The notes: generated by a model from the sequence alone, not told the origin. A stretch of 58,593 bases of DNA, filler included, from Dimargaris cristalligena (GCA_003614675.1; 2 parts of 2 records of this genome joined end to end with filler, not necessarily neighbours in it), one strand, 5' to 3'. Shown: positions 45,324-58,572, counted from the first letter of the whole stretch. Numbers and translations: made by a program.

Positions 45324-48300
45324 ATGCATTCACTTCGGTTATTGGGAGCAACCCATGTCCTTCAAGGGGGAGGATCCCTTGCCGTACGGGTAGCGACAGC
45401 GGCCAGCCCCGGACGAGCTGCGCATTCCACCCAGATTACCACGGCAACTCGAGCGGGTCCCACCCATTCTAATCGAGCCTCCCGAGCAGACCGACCACGG
45501 ACGGAAATGGCTGAACCCAACCTGGAATCCGCGCACCTGTTGGCAGCGTTAAACCGGGCCCTGGCCGACCACCACTCATTGCATACAATCGCCTTTTCCA
45601 CCTATCGTGATTTAGTCCACCAGTGGCCCGATGTTCAATTGCTGAATTCCCAATATTACCGATTGTTGGACATGGCCATGCACCGGTACCTGAATCACCC
45701 GGATAGCTTCCAAGCCCCTGGTCGGCCGACTCGGCATCCCGAACGGTTGACCCTGGGACTGGCCCCGGGCTCACCACTTCCTGCTTCCAGTCACCCACCG
45801 CTGTCCGAGATTACGGCGGATATCCAGCGTATCACGACAGACTGGCGGACTTCGTTGAATACCAGCGAACGGGACCGCCAAACGGTGCCCCAAGATGCCG
45901 ACTCGCGTGATATCACGCCCTATGCGGCGTACCAAATGATCATCAAAGGGCTGAGTCGGAGTGGACAGCTGGGGGCGGCCCTCGACGCGGCGTTGGATAT
46001 GGTCCGCAAAGGATTATTCGCGCGGGTGGCGGATGCCATCACACCGCTGCTCCGGGGCTGCTATCACCACCGGGACGCGGTCGTTGCCAATCGCATCTGG
46101 GAACACCGGTCGGAGCTGGGGATTCCCCTCGCCAACCCCACGCTGGATCCGCTGATGCTGGCGGCTATTCATGGCACAGGTATTACTACGGCCCCCACCA
46201 CTGCCGCCGCCGCAGCTTCGACTCTGACGGAAACCCTAATCGAGGTCTACCGCCAACAGGACCTGGCTCTGCCCGAAGCGGGAGCCCTGGCCTTGGCCAC
46301 CCGCTACAGTGAACACCTGGCTCTCCGACCCCGCATCGCGGGCTTATTTGCTGGTGTGAAACCCGACCTAGATCAACTGAGCCGGAACCACCTGCACAGC
46401 TGGATGGTCCTCCTCGGCCGGTCCGGGTATATTGCCGAGGCCATGGAAGTATATACCATGTATAAGGTCCGGTACGGTTCTAGTCGACCGGATATCATCA
46501 ATCTCCTGCTCACTAGTTGCCAAAACGCCGCAACGGTGGGTATCCATTATGTGCCCACGCTCCATGCCGACTTTCAGGCGCTGGGCGTAACCTACATGGC
46601 TAATATTCTGACCATGTTAATTCGGGGGTATTCGCGGCGTCTCGAACCCTGGAATATCCTCCCTTTACTCCCCCGCGTCACTCAATGCCAGCCGGCCCCC
46701 ACCCCGGCCCAGTACCACACTATCATCATATCGTTACTGTACCTGGATCAGTGGTTGGAAGCCTGGTCCTTGTACGAACACCTTATGACCCACCACCACA
46801 CACACAAATTATCGCTTCCACCCGGTACCCACCGGTTCATCCTTCTCGCTGCGGTACGCCACCGACAGACCGAAGCCTGTCACTCGGCCCTCCGCTACTC
46901 AACTTCACTTCCCTCCCCACCCCCGGACGATTTGCTGGTGGCCCGGTTGGAAGCTCTAGGGTTCATTGGTAACCGCCCCAGATTCGACCAACTCTTGGGG
47001 GAGTTGGAGGGTCGGAGTCACCGCATGGCTCCCACCGATCGCGTCGCATTCGCAAGTGTTTTAGTTCGGGTTGGCCACTTAAAACGGGGCCAAGCGTTAA
47101 TCCGCCAAGCAACCGTTAAACCCCAGGGCATTCCCTGGAAATGGGCCCATTTTCGGGACGTGGTCCAGTTTGCCTACCGTACCGCCAACGGGGCTCTAAT
47201 GGGCCAGTTGGTCGATACCATGGCGCGCATAGGTATTTCGAACCCCCACTCGGATATGTACCCCACCCTGGCGGCGGCCCTGGTCGACTTCAAGGAAGTA
47301 TTGCCTCAGCTGGAGACTCTCCTCCTTCGGAACGAAAAGGCCCTCCGGGCCCTCTCGTGGACCGCCGGTCTGGCCGTGGTGGGCTTCCTAAGTCGGGGCT
47401 CTCACATTGACCTGGCCCGCCAGGTCCTAAGTATCCTCCTCGCGGCCGGTCGGACCTTTGGGAACGGAAACCCGGCCCTGACGGCCTATTTGCAGCGAGC
47501 CCTCGCCGAGAATGATTGGACACTCCCGGCTGACTTAAACTGGCTGACCGAAACCCCGCCTCCGGGGGTGGCTCTGGTGCACCTTATCATGGGGGCCTCC
47601 GCCGAGCAGGACTCCTCCTCCTCCCAGGTCCTGTCGACGAACTTCCGCCAACTCCTAGGCCAGCCGGCGTGGCCCCTCGATGGACATGCCTATGCGCTAG
47701 CCATTGGCCACACGGTCCAGCATGGTACGCGACTGGAAGCCGAACTCATTCTGCGGCTGGCCGACCGGCGGGGTATTCCATTCGATATGCGTGCGTTGGG
47801 TCAGCTAACCAAGGGACTGGTCGAGCTGCAAAGTGAAGAGCACTTGGCCCAAGTTCTTCGGCGGTACCGGGCCTTAGTGGCCGAGCCCCCCCCCGTATCC
47901 CTGTCCGCATCCGCATCCGTGTCCGCGGCCAGCCAAGCCGAATGCGTGACCCAGTTGGTGCAGGCCTATACGAAGCTCGGCCTTCGGTCGACGACCCATG
48001 AAATCCTGCAGGAGTATACCACCGCCCCGGACCGCACCCCCGCTACCCCGCCGGCGTTTATGCTTGCCGCTTTACAGGCCCATCGCCAGCTTCGCCTCCC
48101 CGGCCTGGCCGACTTACTAGTCTGGGCCGGGTTTCCGGAGGTTCCGTTAAGTAAGGCTAGTTTGCGCGAACTTCTGTGGGGGTACTGTGAACGGGGTCGG
48201 TCGGACCTGGCTTTCCAGCAACTAAAACTCGCCGTGGCAGCGGGCGGCGTGGACCAATGTTTAAGCGAAACTACTCTGGTGGCGGACTTGGCCCAATTAC

Positions 48301-48422
48301 TCCAACGTATGCGAGCACCTGAGCTGACCCTTTTTAGGCAGTGGGTTGAGAACAACCACCCCGAACTATCCCCCAGTGTGCAACAGGCACTCAGCGTTGG
48401 GATTGAAGATAACCTTGATTAG
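45324..48422 (+). CDS. Pentatricopeptide-repeat (PPR)-like protein, probably mitochondrial RNA metabolism, 1032 aa
   Basis: Degenerate PPR helices (AAYQMIIKGLSRSGQLGAALDAALDMVRKGL, LTMLIRGYSRR, PTPAQYHTIIISLLYLDQWLEAWSLYEHL, SLRELLWGYCERGRSDLA) and an Arg/Ala/Thr-rich N-terminus resembling a presequence. Confidence 0.75.
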   Translation: MHSLRLLGATHVLQGGGSLAVRVATAASPGRAAHSTQITTATRAGPTHSNRASRADRPRTEMAEPNLESAHLLAALNRALADHHSLHTIAFSTYRDLVHQWPDVQLLNSQYYRLLDMAMHRYLNHPDSFQAPGRPTRHPERLTLGLAPGSPLPASSHPPLSEITADIQRITTDWRTSLNTSERDRQTVPQDADSRDITPYAAYQMIIKGLSRSGQLGAALDAALDMVRKGLFARVADAITPLLRGCYHHRDAVVANRIWEHRSELGIPLANPTLDPLMLAAIHGTGITTAPTTAAAAASTLTETLIEVYRQQDLALPEAGALALATRYSEHLALRPRIAGLFAGVKPDLDQLSRNHLHSWMVLLGRSGYIAEAMEVYTMYKVRYGSSRPDIINLLLTSCQNAATVGIHYVPTLHADFQALGVTYMANILTMLIRGYSRRLEPWNILPLLPRVTQCQPAPTPAQYHTIIISLLYLDQWLEAWSLYEHLMTHHHTHKLSLPPGTHRFILLAAVRHRQTEACHSALRYSTSLPSPPPDDLLVARLEALGFIGNRPRFDQLLGELEGRSHRMAPTDRVAFASVLVRVGHLKRGQALIRQATVKPQGIPWKWAHFRDVVQFAYRTANGALMGQLVDTMARIGISNPHSDMYPTLAAALVDFKEVLPQLETLLLRNEKALRALSWTAGLAVVGFLSRGSHIDLARQVLSILLAAGRTFGNGNPALTAYLQRALAENDWTLPADLNWLTETPPPGVALVHLIMGASAEQDSSSSQVLSTNFRQLLGQPAWPLDGHAYALAIGHTVQHGTRLEAELILRLADRRGIPFDMRALGQLTKGLVELQSEEHLAQVLRRYRALVAEPPPVSLSASASVSAASQAECVTQLVQAYTKLGLRSTTHEILQEYTTAPDRTPATPPAFMLAALQAHRQLRLPGLADLLVWAGFPEVPLSKASLRELLWGYCERGRSDLAFQQLKLAVAAGGVDQCLSETTLVADLAQLLQRMRAPELTLFRQWVENNHPELSPSVQQALSVGIEDNLD

Positions 48423-49272
48423 GAGTGGGCACTCTAGTCTCCAGGGGACGACCACACTGCCATCATCTCTACCTTTCCCCCCCTTCATTTATTTTGTTTT
48501 ACTCTGAGTCCTTGGTAGTGCATTCAAAGGGGGGGATAATAACCAGAAGGAAATCCCCAAGGGTCGGGGAATTGGTACTACCGTAGATTTAAGCTTGGAT
48601 AATAATGGGCCCGTTGCCCTCAGCGTCCTTTCGCCAACGTATTATTCATGGCTGGGCTTCTTTTATTCATACATGCCGCACATTGTACCACCCTGACCTC
48701 CCCCCCCCCCGTGAAAGGAATATCTTTGCATATATCGGGCATTTAGCATTCTGGCGGTTTCCTTTGGGAATTCCGCTTTGTTGCGGCCCGTGTGCTTGGG
48801 GTCGTACCATTGTAATGTCGGCTAAACCTGAACGGGGCGGTGAGTGAGCCAGATGGTAGCGGGACAGCAGTAGTAGTGTATGGTCGTCGTGGGTGTAGCC
48901 TAACATCCTCCAACAGTTTCAGATTATGGCCATGTCGGTGCGATAAAACAGGCCCAAGTGGCTGTTGGACACATGTTTTTTTAGGTTCGTTGTCGGGAGA
49001 GGGGGGGATTATTCAATTGGCAGTGAATTTATATATAATAGACCCATGAGGTCGGCCTGGTATTCTATACAAACCATTATTATTCACCTAGGGAATTATT
49101 CTCGCATTCCCCTTCTCTGTGTCTCTCTGTATCCGGGGGTCCACACCTACGTCCTTTACATCGGCCTTTATATATTATTTATTATTATTTGTTTTCCAAG
49201 TGACTCCTAGGATATATAGTTCAACAAGGCCCTAACCCCCCACCCTTCATCTATAGAAAAATATACGAAGTG

Positions 49273-49878
49273 ATGTGTTTCTCTCAATTGGCCGGTACCT
49301 GGTCCCTCCTCGCGTTAGCGAGTGGCTCTTTGGCTGCTCCCACTGGCTTCCCGAATCGTAGTAATACTCTCCCCCCGCTAAACTCCTCCTTTAACCAAGC
49401 GGCTGACCTCCCCTTTACCACCGGAACCTCCCAGTCCCCCCTCAGGCTTGATTATCCACATAACGTAGAAGACGGCAACCATTCTTCTGTTCGCCCGTGG
49501 TTGGAAGATCAAGCCCAATACTGGGATGGCTCATCGTCAGACACGTTAAGTCCCAACTTCCAACCGCAGTCGATGAAATCTAGCCTTGACGGGTGGTGGT
49601 CCCCTTACCCCTCGACGGTACACGGCCAATCAACCATTGCGCCTATACCCCGCTATTCCTTGATCCCACAGTTGCCGTATCCTGCGGGGATAAAGCAAGG
49701 TGGGGAGGACGGGCCTTCGTCCTTTCACCAGCAGGTGCTGGCGGCCCCTAGGTTATCCCACGACGCCTATTACATGCCTAGTGAAGAAGGAGAGATGCAC
49801 TATTTTTCACTCGAGACTGCTAGGTTGGAACCCGTGTTGGATCATAGCCACCAGGAAGTTAACCCCGTTGCTGGATAG
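49273..49878 (+). CDS. Hypothetical secreted protein, about 201 aa, Pro/Ser/Gln-rich
   Basis: MCFSQLAGTWSLLALASGSLA|APTG resembles a signal peptide; GC-richer than its flanks; no domain recognised. Confidence 0.5.
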   Translation: MCFSQLAGTWSLLALASGSLAAPTGFPNRSNTLPPLNSSFNQAADLPFTTGTSQSPLRLDYPHNVEDGNHSSVRPWLEDQAQYWDGSSSDTLSPNFQPQSMKSSLDGWWSPYPSTVHGQSTIAPIPRYSLIPQLPYPAGIKQGGEDGPSSFHQQVLAAPRLSHDAYYMPSEEGEMHYFSLETARLEPVLDHSHQEVNPVAG

Positions 49879-50472
49879 AGAGTATATCGAACTCCTCTGG
49901 ATTATATAAACCATTGGCCTTTTAACGATATGCGATACAGGACAGCTATCGCCAGACTAGAAATCCCGAATTTATTTAACCTATATATGTACTACTTTAT
50001 TTAAAACCTTTATGATATGGGGCCCTCGTGAGACAGTATTAAAATAAATGGTGTTAATAGCACACACACTTGGCCTGGTCACTAGAATCCTCATGTCTGC
50101 CTAAATTATATCACTTCGTATAGGGAGGGCTCGACCACATCGTCCTTTGTATTAAGAAGGTGAAAATATAATGTGAAAATCAATGGGCGTTGTTTGGTCA
50201 GTATAAAGAGTAGGCACATCTAACTGTGTTGGTCAGGGCGGCGTTCTTTATGGTCTCATACAGTGGTCCAAGTGGAGAGAAGCGATTCCTCTTGACATAG
50301 CCGTGTCCTTGTCATCTCAGGGTCCCTATTTTGATTTGGTCATTCCTTTTCGTTTTTTATTATTATTATCGCCAGCCGTCATCGTTCGAATAGATTCATT
50401 TCGTTCCATTCGCCTGTTCCTTTAGTTGAATTCTGATCGGCTACTGACCCTCCCCTCCCCCCACTTTCAACC

Positions 50473-52331
50473 ATGCTGTGCGCTAGTAAGTAATGAGTTA
50501 ACCACTGATTAAATTGGCTGTACCTCTAGGGTGCCCAGGGCCCTGGCCACTACTACACCATCAAGCAAACCAATGGGCCAATTCCGCTGCTTCCATCATC
50601 GATTCCATTTCTACTAGATCGCTGGAGGATCCATTAGCCAACCGTGGACATGTTAACCATTTCGACCCACCCGCCAATCTCTTTAGCGCAAGTCTCTTCC
50701 TCCTGCTACGGCACTAATTCAAAAATATATATATTTCTATATATGCACAATTAAACTAACCATCGCGGCCTCCTACAGTCTCAGGTGAAGTCCCTGAGGT
50801 CCCCGTGGTGTCCACCAAAACCGGCCACATCTTCGAGAAACGCCTCATTCTCAAATACATCGCGGAGAATGGCACCTGTCCCGTCACCGGCGCCGAGCTG
50901 GCCGAGGGCGATCTGGTCGAGATTCAACAGGGCAACCCTACCGGACGGCCCAAGATACCCTCCATGACCTCGATTCCGGCCCTCCTATCGACATTCCAAG
51001 ACGAATGGGACGCCGTGATGTTGGAAACGTTCAAGCTGAAACAGCAGTACCAACAGGTCCGCCAGGAACTGGCCCAGGCCCTCTACCAAAACGACGCGTC
51101 CTGTCGCGTCATTGCCCGCCTAATCAAAGAGCGCGATGCGGCGCGTGATGCATTGACGAATATTCAGAGTCAAATGCCAGGTGGTCCCGTGCCCCACGGT
51201 GGGGATGCGATGCAGGTCGAGTCTGAAGCCCCGCCGGCTGACGCTGCCCCGGCCCAGGCCCAGTCAACGGATGCCACCGAAGGGTTTACGGACGAGATCC
51301 GTAAGATAATTAAAGATACCGCCGGTACGCTCTGCAAGGGCCGGAAGAAGCGGAAAGTGCCCGCTGAGTTGACGTCGGCGGCTGATATTGCCCAATTTTT
51401 GAATGTGGCCACGGTGCCGTCGATGCACTCTTCCACTAAGCCCGGGGTGACTTGTTTGGCTGTGGACCGGTCGGGAGAGCTCGTTCTCACCGGCGGGGAG
51501 GACGCTGTAGCCCAGGTGTACCACATCGACCAGGGCCAGATTCTTGCGGTGCTCAAAGGTCATAATGGCCGGATTAATGACGTGACCTGGTTAGGTCAAA
51601 CCGAAGCGGCAAGTCAGGACGTGATTCTCAGCGCGGGAACCGATAAGACGGTCCGGGTATGGCACGCGACCGATGCCGAGTCCCCCGAATACGCCTGCAT
51701 CCATACCATCCAAGCGCACCACAGTGAAGTAGTGGCCCTCACGGTCCATCCCAGCCGGGAACTCTTTGTGAGTGCCAGCCGACAGGGCTCCTGGGTCCTC
51801 CACCGGGCCTCCTCGGGCGCCCCCCTAGCGGCCATGCAGGCGGGCGAAGGCGTGGCCTTTAACTGTGCCCAGTTCCACCCCGACGGTGTCATTCTAGCCG
51901 CGGGTACGCAGGCGGGAACCATCCCCATCTGGAATATCAAGGACCAGACCCTGCTAGCGACCCTGGCGGGCCACCAGGGAGCGGTGACTGCGCTGGCGTT
52001 CTCCGAAAACGGCTACTATTTGGCCAGTGCGGGCGAGGACTACGCCGTCTATATCTGGGACCTGCGTAGTCAATCCCAGGCCCACGTACTGACCCTTGAC
52101 AACGAATCGGGCACCGCCCCGCAAGCGCTGACTTTCGACCATTCCGGAAGTTACCTGGTGGTGGCCGGGGTGGACATTCGTATCTTCCAGGTCAAGGGTT
52201 GGACCGAACTCGCGGTGTTCGACGATAACGCCGGTCCAGTGACGGGAATTCAGTTTGTGGATCCTTTGGCTCGTACCCTGGTGGCTTCGTCCCTCGACCG
52301 AACCCTCCGCTTCTACGCCATGCCTTCATAG
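50473..52331 (+). CDS. PRP19: Pre-mRNA-processing factor 19 (U-box, coiled coil, WD40), 2 exons, about 521 aa
   Basis: Exon 50473-50485 plus 50779-52331 gives [40 protein letters not shown] (U-box), SIPALLSTFQDEWDAVMLE...ELAQALYQNDASCRVIARL and WD40 repeats. Branch ACTAAC at 50755-50760. Confidence 0.96.
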
Positions 52332-52700
52332 TTAGTACTGGGGGTTTTTCTTTTATTTTATAGTTTTTTTGGTTCTTTAAAAAAATGATTTCATTGCATG
52401 AGGACGACTACTGTTATGGCATGTTCGTTGAACCAGACGTGGAAGGAGTTGGCCAATGTCCCCCCATATATGACCCACGACGTTATTTCACGGCGAAGCT
52501 CTTCTGATTTATAGCTATTCTAAATGAAACTGGCTGAATTTTCTATATTGCCCGATTTATTATATAAAGACCCACTGGGCCAATTGTAGTTTAAGCTTGG
52601 CCAGTATCAGACTGATATCAGCGACCTATTCCTTTTGATGAGAGAGGATGGAGTGTGAGTAAATTAGCCATTGATGGCTCTTGAGGGTATTAGCTGTAGT

Positions 52701-52712
52701 AATCACGTGATT
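52701..52712. promoter_or_regulatory. Palindromic E-box AATCACGTGATT upstream of NUG1
   Basis: Perfect 12-bp palindrome about 435 bp before the ATG. Confidence 0.45.
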
Positions 52713-53146
52713 CTAATCAGGCTAGGGCGATGGATCTTTTTTTACACTTTTGAAGAATAAAGACGACCTTGTATTATCTCCAGCCGTAACATTTTCCAAA
52801 GACTGGCGACTTGATTAATTGCAGCTGTAACCCCGCATGGGCCAACGTATCGACACCCCCTGCGAAAATAGGACCATTAATAATTGCAGACGAAGAAAAA
52901 AAAACTGTCCAACAGCCTCGCAGGACTATTACTCGAGCTGCGCATACTATCTGTCCCTTGAACTGTTCGCTGGTGATTCACCCATTCCTTCTGCGAAATC
53001 AACTAAACTCGTCGAGCCACCCCGTTCCACTCGACCTTTTCCTTCGTCCGTGACTAATTTCCGGTCCTTGGCCCACTTACACCCTGCCCATTCACGCACG
53101 AGTCCACTACTCTATAGTCACTTCCCCCTGAAGTACCACCACCACC

Positions 53147-55614
53147 ATGGTCCCCAAGAGTAAGTCCGTTTCCTCCGTACAGTCCTCGCAACTTCTCTAT
53201 TCCGCCAGAGACACCGGAAGCCCCTCTGTATTTCTGTATATATATATTTGGAGGTGGTTAAAGTAGTCGAGGCCGGTGTCGTCTCCTCTGCAGAGAACGG
53301 GCTGCAGCAGTCCTGTAGCGGTAGTGCCAATATTACCTCGCCTGGTAACTAACCCTTCCCAAATCATCTTCCCCATTATCATCGTCAACCCGGTATCAGA
53401 GCATAAGTCCAAGCGGATGAGTGGCCGCCAAAAGGCCAAAATTGTCAAGCGCTCCAGTGAGAAGCGGCGCAAGGAACGGAAGGCTGCCCGTCTGAATCCA
53501 ACTACCAACAGTAAGTCATTGTCATCCTTCGATTTTCCGGCCTAGGGCCGTACATCATAAATTTCGAAAAATTTCGAGTTAGTATCCATTAGTACCACCC
53601 CCCATCGCATACCATTGCACTCAACAACCCATGCCCATGCTCATAACCCTAACACCCACCCTTCTCCACCTTCCATCTGATACCATTGCCATAAACTTCA
53701 GAGGCCAAGAAGGACCCCGGTATCCCCAACCTGTGGCCCTTCAAGGATAAGTTGATGGGCCAAATTGAGGAGAGCAAGCAACGGGCCGCCGAGGAAAAGC
53801 TGCGCCAAAAGTCCGACCGGTCCAAGATGCACGACAAGAACCGCGGCCTGGGCAACACCAAGTCCCTCAAGGATCTGGCCAGCGACGCCCAGTCCCGGGG
53901 TCAAGTCTACAATGATATCCACGGCGGCAGCTTAGCTAATGACGGCACCCGCGTGCTGGTCGACGGTGCCCTTTCCGGTCGCCGCGATAACTCGATGCGC
54001 GCCTACTACCGCGAGTTCCGTAAGGTCGTCGATCACGCCGACGTGATTCTCGAAGTCCTGGATGCCCGTGACCCCCTGGGTTGCCGTACCAAGTCGATTG
54101 AGCGTCTGATTATGAGCCAGGCTACCAACAAGCGTATCATCCTCGTGCTCAACAAGATCGATCTGGTGCCCCGCGAGAACGTGGAAGCTTGGCTTAAATA
54201 CCTCCGCAACGAGTTCCCCACGATTGCCTTCAAGGCCTCTACCCAGAACCAGCGGACCCGGCTGGGCCAGGCCAACGCGAATACCGCCAACAGCGACCAG
54301 CAGGTCCAAAAGAGCGAATGTCTCGGCGCGGATACCCTGATTCAACTGCTCAAGAACTATTCCCGGAACCTTAACATCAAAACCTCCATCACCGTGGGTG
54401 TCATTGGCTACCCCAATGTCGGCAAGTCCTCGCTGATCAACTCCCTGCGGCGCGCCCGCGTGTGCCAGGTTGGTTCCACCCCCGGTATGACGAAGGTGGC
54501 CCAAGAAATCCACCTGGACAAGAACGTCAAACTGCTCGATTCCCCGGGTATCGTGTTCGCCAAGCCACCCAACGCCGACAGCTCCAACGGCAAGGTGATG
54601 GCCGACGTGATGCTGCGTAACTGCATCAAGGTTGACCTTCTCGAAGACCCCATTGCCCCCGTTGAAGCCATTGTGGCCCGCTGTAACATCCGCCATCTGA
54701 TGGTGCTGTACAACGTCCCCTCTTTCGAAGACACCCGCGGTTTCTTGATCCATCTCGCCCGGCAACGGGGCCGTCTCCGCCACGGTGGACTTCCCAACAT
54801 GGACGCCGCCGCGCGGATCGTGCTCAATGATTGGAATACCGGCGTCATCCAGTTCTATACCTCCCCACCCACCCAGACCACCACCGCCCCCATGCAGGCG
54901 GCCGAAATCGTGCAAGCCTGGGGTAAGGAATTCGATTTGAATATGGTCCAGGGCGAATCCGACCAGACCGCTCTGGATGGGCTCAAGCCCACCAATTCCT
55001 TCGGAAAACAAATCGTCAATGTCATGTTTGATCCTTCGTCCGGTAACGACCAGCTCATGACCGAAGAGGAAATCGCTGCCATTGACGAGGCCAACGGTAT
55101 CGACGTGGACTCGGATGAGTTCGATTCGGATATGGATGGCGATGATATGGACGACTCTGACGATGGTGATGACGATGATGAGGCTCCCGATGCCGTGCCC
55201 ATGGAGGACGACGAGAGCGATGCCGAGAGTGAGGTCGATGCTACCCAACCGGCTCTCCACGTCAGCGCCGAACCCCGCAATACCAAGAAATCCTCTTCTT
55301 CCACCACCACTACTACCAAAACCACTACACGGAAGCAGGTGCTGATGACCCCCGAGGAAGAGCTCATTAACCCCCAGACCCGGGCCGCTCAGCGCAAGCT
55401 GCAAAAGAAGTTGAAGAAGGACCGGCGTCGTAACGAAGCTGCCCAAGTCGAGACCCTGGAGAATGGCGATAATATCATGGTTGAAGAAGAAGGCGGTGCC
55501 GATGATGATTACAACTTTAACTCCTATTTTACCAAACCCCAAACCGGCTCATCTAAAACTTCAGCGGTGGCGGCGGCGATGAACGATGATTCCGACTCCG
55601 AAGAAGATTTGTAA
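53147..55614 (+). CDS. NUG1: Nucleolar circularly permuted GTPase Nug1/Grn1/GNL3-like (60S biogenesis), 3 exons, about 678 aa
   Basis: Exons 53147-53159, 53400-53510 and 53702-55614 give MVPKKHKSKR...KKDPGIPNLWPFK (GN3L_Grn1 N-terminus), VLDARDPLG, NKID (G4), GYPNVGKSS (G1), DSPG (G3) and an acidic C-terminus. Confidence 0.95.
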
Positions 55615-58572
55615 AGTGTTGAATGCTTCATCTGTTCCCAAGTTTAATTATATTTTATTCAGTCTCCCTTCCCCTCCTCTCAGCCATCTTTCCCATACAC
55701 CATCAAGCCATTACGTGTGCAGTTTTAATATCCATTCCCGGCATTATATTCGAATAAAAATTGGCGTAGGGCAACCGTTACTACCACTGCGGTGCTTTTT
55801 TATATAAAATAGCCATTCCTAGGTAGTCAATTTATTTTGAAGTATACTGTTAGTGGTTATCATTATAACAATAACGATCTACTCTTTCGAAATGGGGTCA
55901 TCTGCATTTGAATAGACAGTTTGCCCACAATGGGGGCTGGATGCAGGTGTATACCAGATATCAAACTTATAGATGGTAATGCCCATATCTGAGTTGTACC
56001 ACCATGTTGATTTTGGGCCTAGTAATAAAATAAGGCGATAAACCACCACTGGTCATGATGAATCCTGTATGGAAGATCTTCCCGACCCAGGTGGGAGGTG
56101 GTCGGTTAATGTGTGTTCCAAGGACAACCCGCTAGAGAATGTCTTAACTGCCTGGTTGGCCTAGTGTTTAGTGCAGACAAGAAAGTTCCTTCACACATAT
56201 CCAAACCAAGCAAATGGACCCCTGGCGGTCCGCCGAATTGCCGGAGGGGGCGGAAGAACAGGTGGAATTGGCCAGTCTATTTACTAGTGACGAATTCTTG
56301 AGCTAAATCTTGTCTGATATAGACCAGAAAGCCATCAAGTTGACTTTGAGTTACTCTTATTCCTCACGAATATTCATCGAAGGACCATGTTCCTCTGGTT
56401 GGCCTGTTCATTAAAGACATAACATCTAGGCCATTTCCGTAGTAAGTACAACTGATGCCCAACGGATATTAGTTCCATATCCCCGGTATTGCCATTAGTA
56501 CCAACCCTGAATTGTTCGAGGCCCAACTATACCAGCACTTCCATAATATATAGGTAGTCTGCTACCATGGTTGAATATACCATAGGCGCTGCTGCACGCA
56601 ATTGACCTGGCTAATAAATCCAGGCCTGTGGAGCTACTAGTCGCCTCATGGTCTCCGGTTACTAATAGGCTGGACCACCGGGAGGGCCATGTTTAATTTA
56701 CTTGATGGCGTCTCGAAGTAATTCCATCTTTCAAAGGATATATAAAAATAACCGCTGTCTTAGATACCCCCTGTAGATTATTAAAAACCCTCATAAATAA
56801 TTCCATCTCGCTCCCCTTGGGGCTGGCATCTTATATCCACTTTTTCTATATACACCACTATTTCTATATGTCCACTCCCTTTAGGAACCCCAGGCCCAGA
56901 CGCACCCTTCCAACCTTGAAACCCCCCCTCCTCCCCCACCCCTTACCACAAGTGAATCCCCATGGGCAGGTATCCCCGGCCGAGTGGGCACCTCCTTTCC
57001 AATCGATTTGGGTGTTCAGCTTAAGCGGCTAACTATTGTCGCTGTCTCAATCTACCAGTGTTGGCTCTAGTCAGTCGGTCATACCGGTTGATAATTCCTG
57101 CATACTACCAGGTCCTTAAATGAACTGTAAATATTGTAACTTCGCAGTACCAATCTGCTTACCTTTAGAGTAAACGAGTGCCAATACCCCTCCCACCTCC
57201 CACCCCATAAACAGCTCATAATGTTTTGGTGCACCCTCTATGGCTATTTAAATGTATGCTATCCAACATTATTGACACTGTGCGGGGCAGGTTTGGTGAC
57301 CTACAGTCGCTTATGTGCAGCGTAGGTTTCCATACTGTTGAAGATTCCCCAGTAATGTAGGGAGCGGGGCATTTTCGACTGCTAGACAGGGTCCGCCTGA
57401 AATATAGGCATGCTCTAGTTGGGGTTCGCCACAACTATTCCACCGCGTCCATGCAAAGCCCATCCCGTTTATAGCATCAGTCGGCTACTCGGCTTATAAA
57501 ACATGCTGGGGTATTTATTGCAGTGGATTTCACTCCCCTAAGTGAGGGTAAACACTCGGAAAGGTAGGCTTAAGGTATATTTACAGCCCGGAGTGAATCC
57601 CCTGTCTTACCTTCTCTGTGCACCGCCACCAATCTCTGGAAGAGCAAGAGTTTTGCCAACTAATGTAATCACAGCGATGGACTTACATTGCATGTATATT
57701 TAAATTAGGCTGGTCAAAATACAGGGCTATGTTTTGACTCTCTTAGTGCAGAATAGATAGTGATGGTAAATTCCGTTGGTTTTCAAGTTTGGCATGCCCA
57801 TTGCCTATCTTTTTATACAAGGGACAGGCTTCTTTAGGCCCCTTCTGCTCAAATGTTCTTTGGAAAATAGGATAGCGTTTTTCAGGGCGCGGCGAGGCGA
57901 CTTAACTATCAATATTAGGACTGTAGCTCTGGCGCTTTGGCTAAACATACAAAAAGATTTTGGTATTTCTACTGTCCACTCTGCATAAGTAGTGGGTACT
58001 TCCCACTGTTCTACATATTTCCTTGCCTAAGCTTGCACCAGGTCTAGAGGTTGCATAGTCTTCAACTGCAATGCTTTATACTAAAAAAATAGCCATTTAT
58101 CTTCCCAATGGTGGTCAGCCTCCTTACACCAAAGCCTGCGATGGAATATATAGAATACAATAATAGGGGGAAAAGGCATGGAAAGGACTTCAAGGCTAGC
58201 GGAGGGGGGCAGTGGGCAGTAATATCCGACGATGGAGATACGCGAAGAAAATAGACAAGGCAGTGTTGGTCAAAGGTGCCCCATGGCCTATTAAATGGCA
58301 ACGCCTAGGTTTATCGGATGTTAAAAACAGTAGCGGTGGGGCCACCTATTCTGTCTTCTGCGAAGAATATTCGCTGCTTCCCTTTCCCTATCGCCTGCAC
58401 GTCCCGCTAAACCGTTTATCCACCTATGTAAGCTCTAAAGCACATGTTAGCAATTGGTTCATATGAGGAGAGGGGAGGGGGGAGGGATTCCCATTAGCGA
58501 AGTACAGGGGTTGTGTTTGGGGGACCGTAACATTCAAAGAACCGAAATTTTTCTCCATTTGACGGCTCGATT

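Noticed and set aside
53932-55542. 536-aa antisense ORF opposite NUG1
   Set aside because: Mirror-frame shadow of a strongly codon-biased gene; no recognisable domain.
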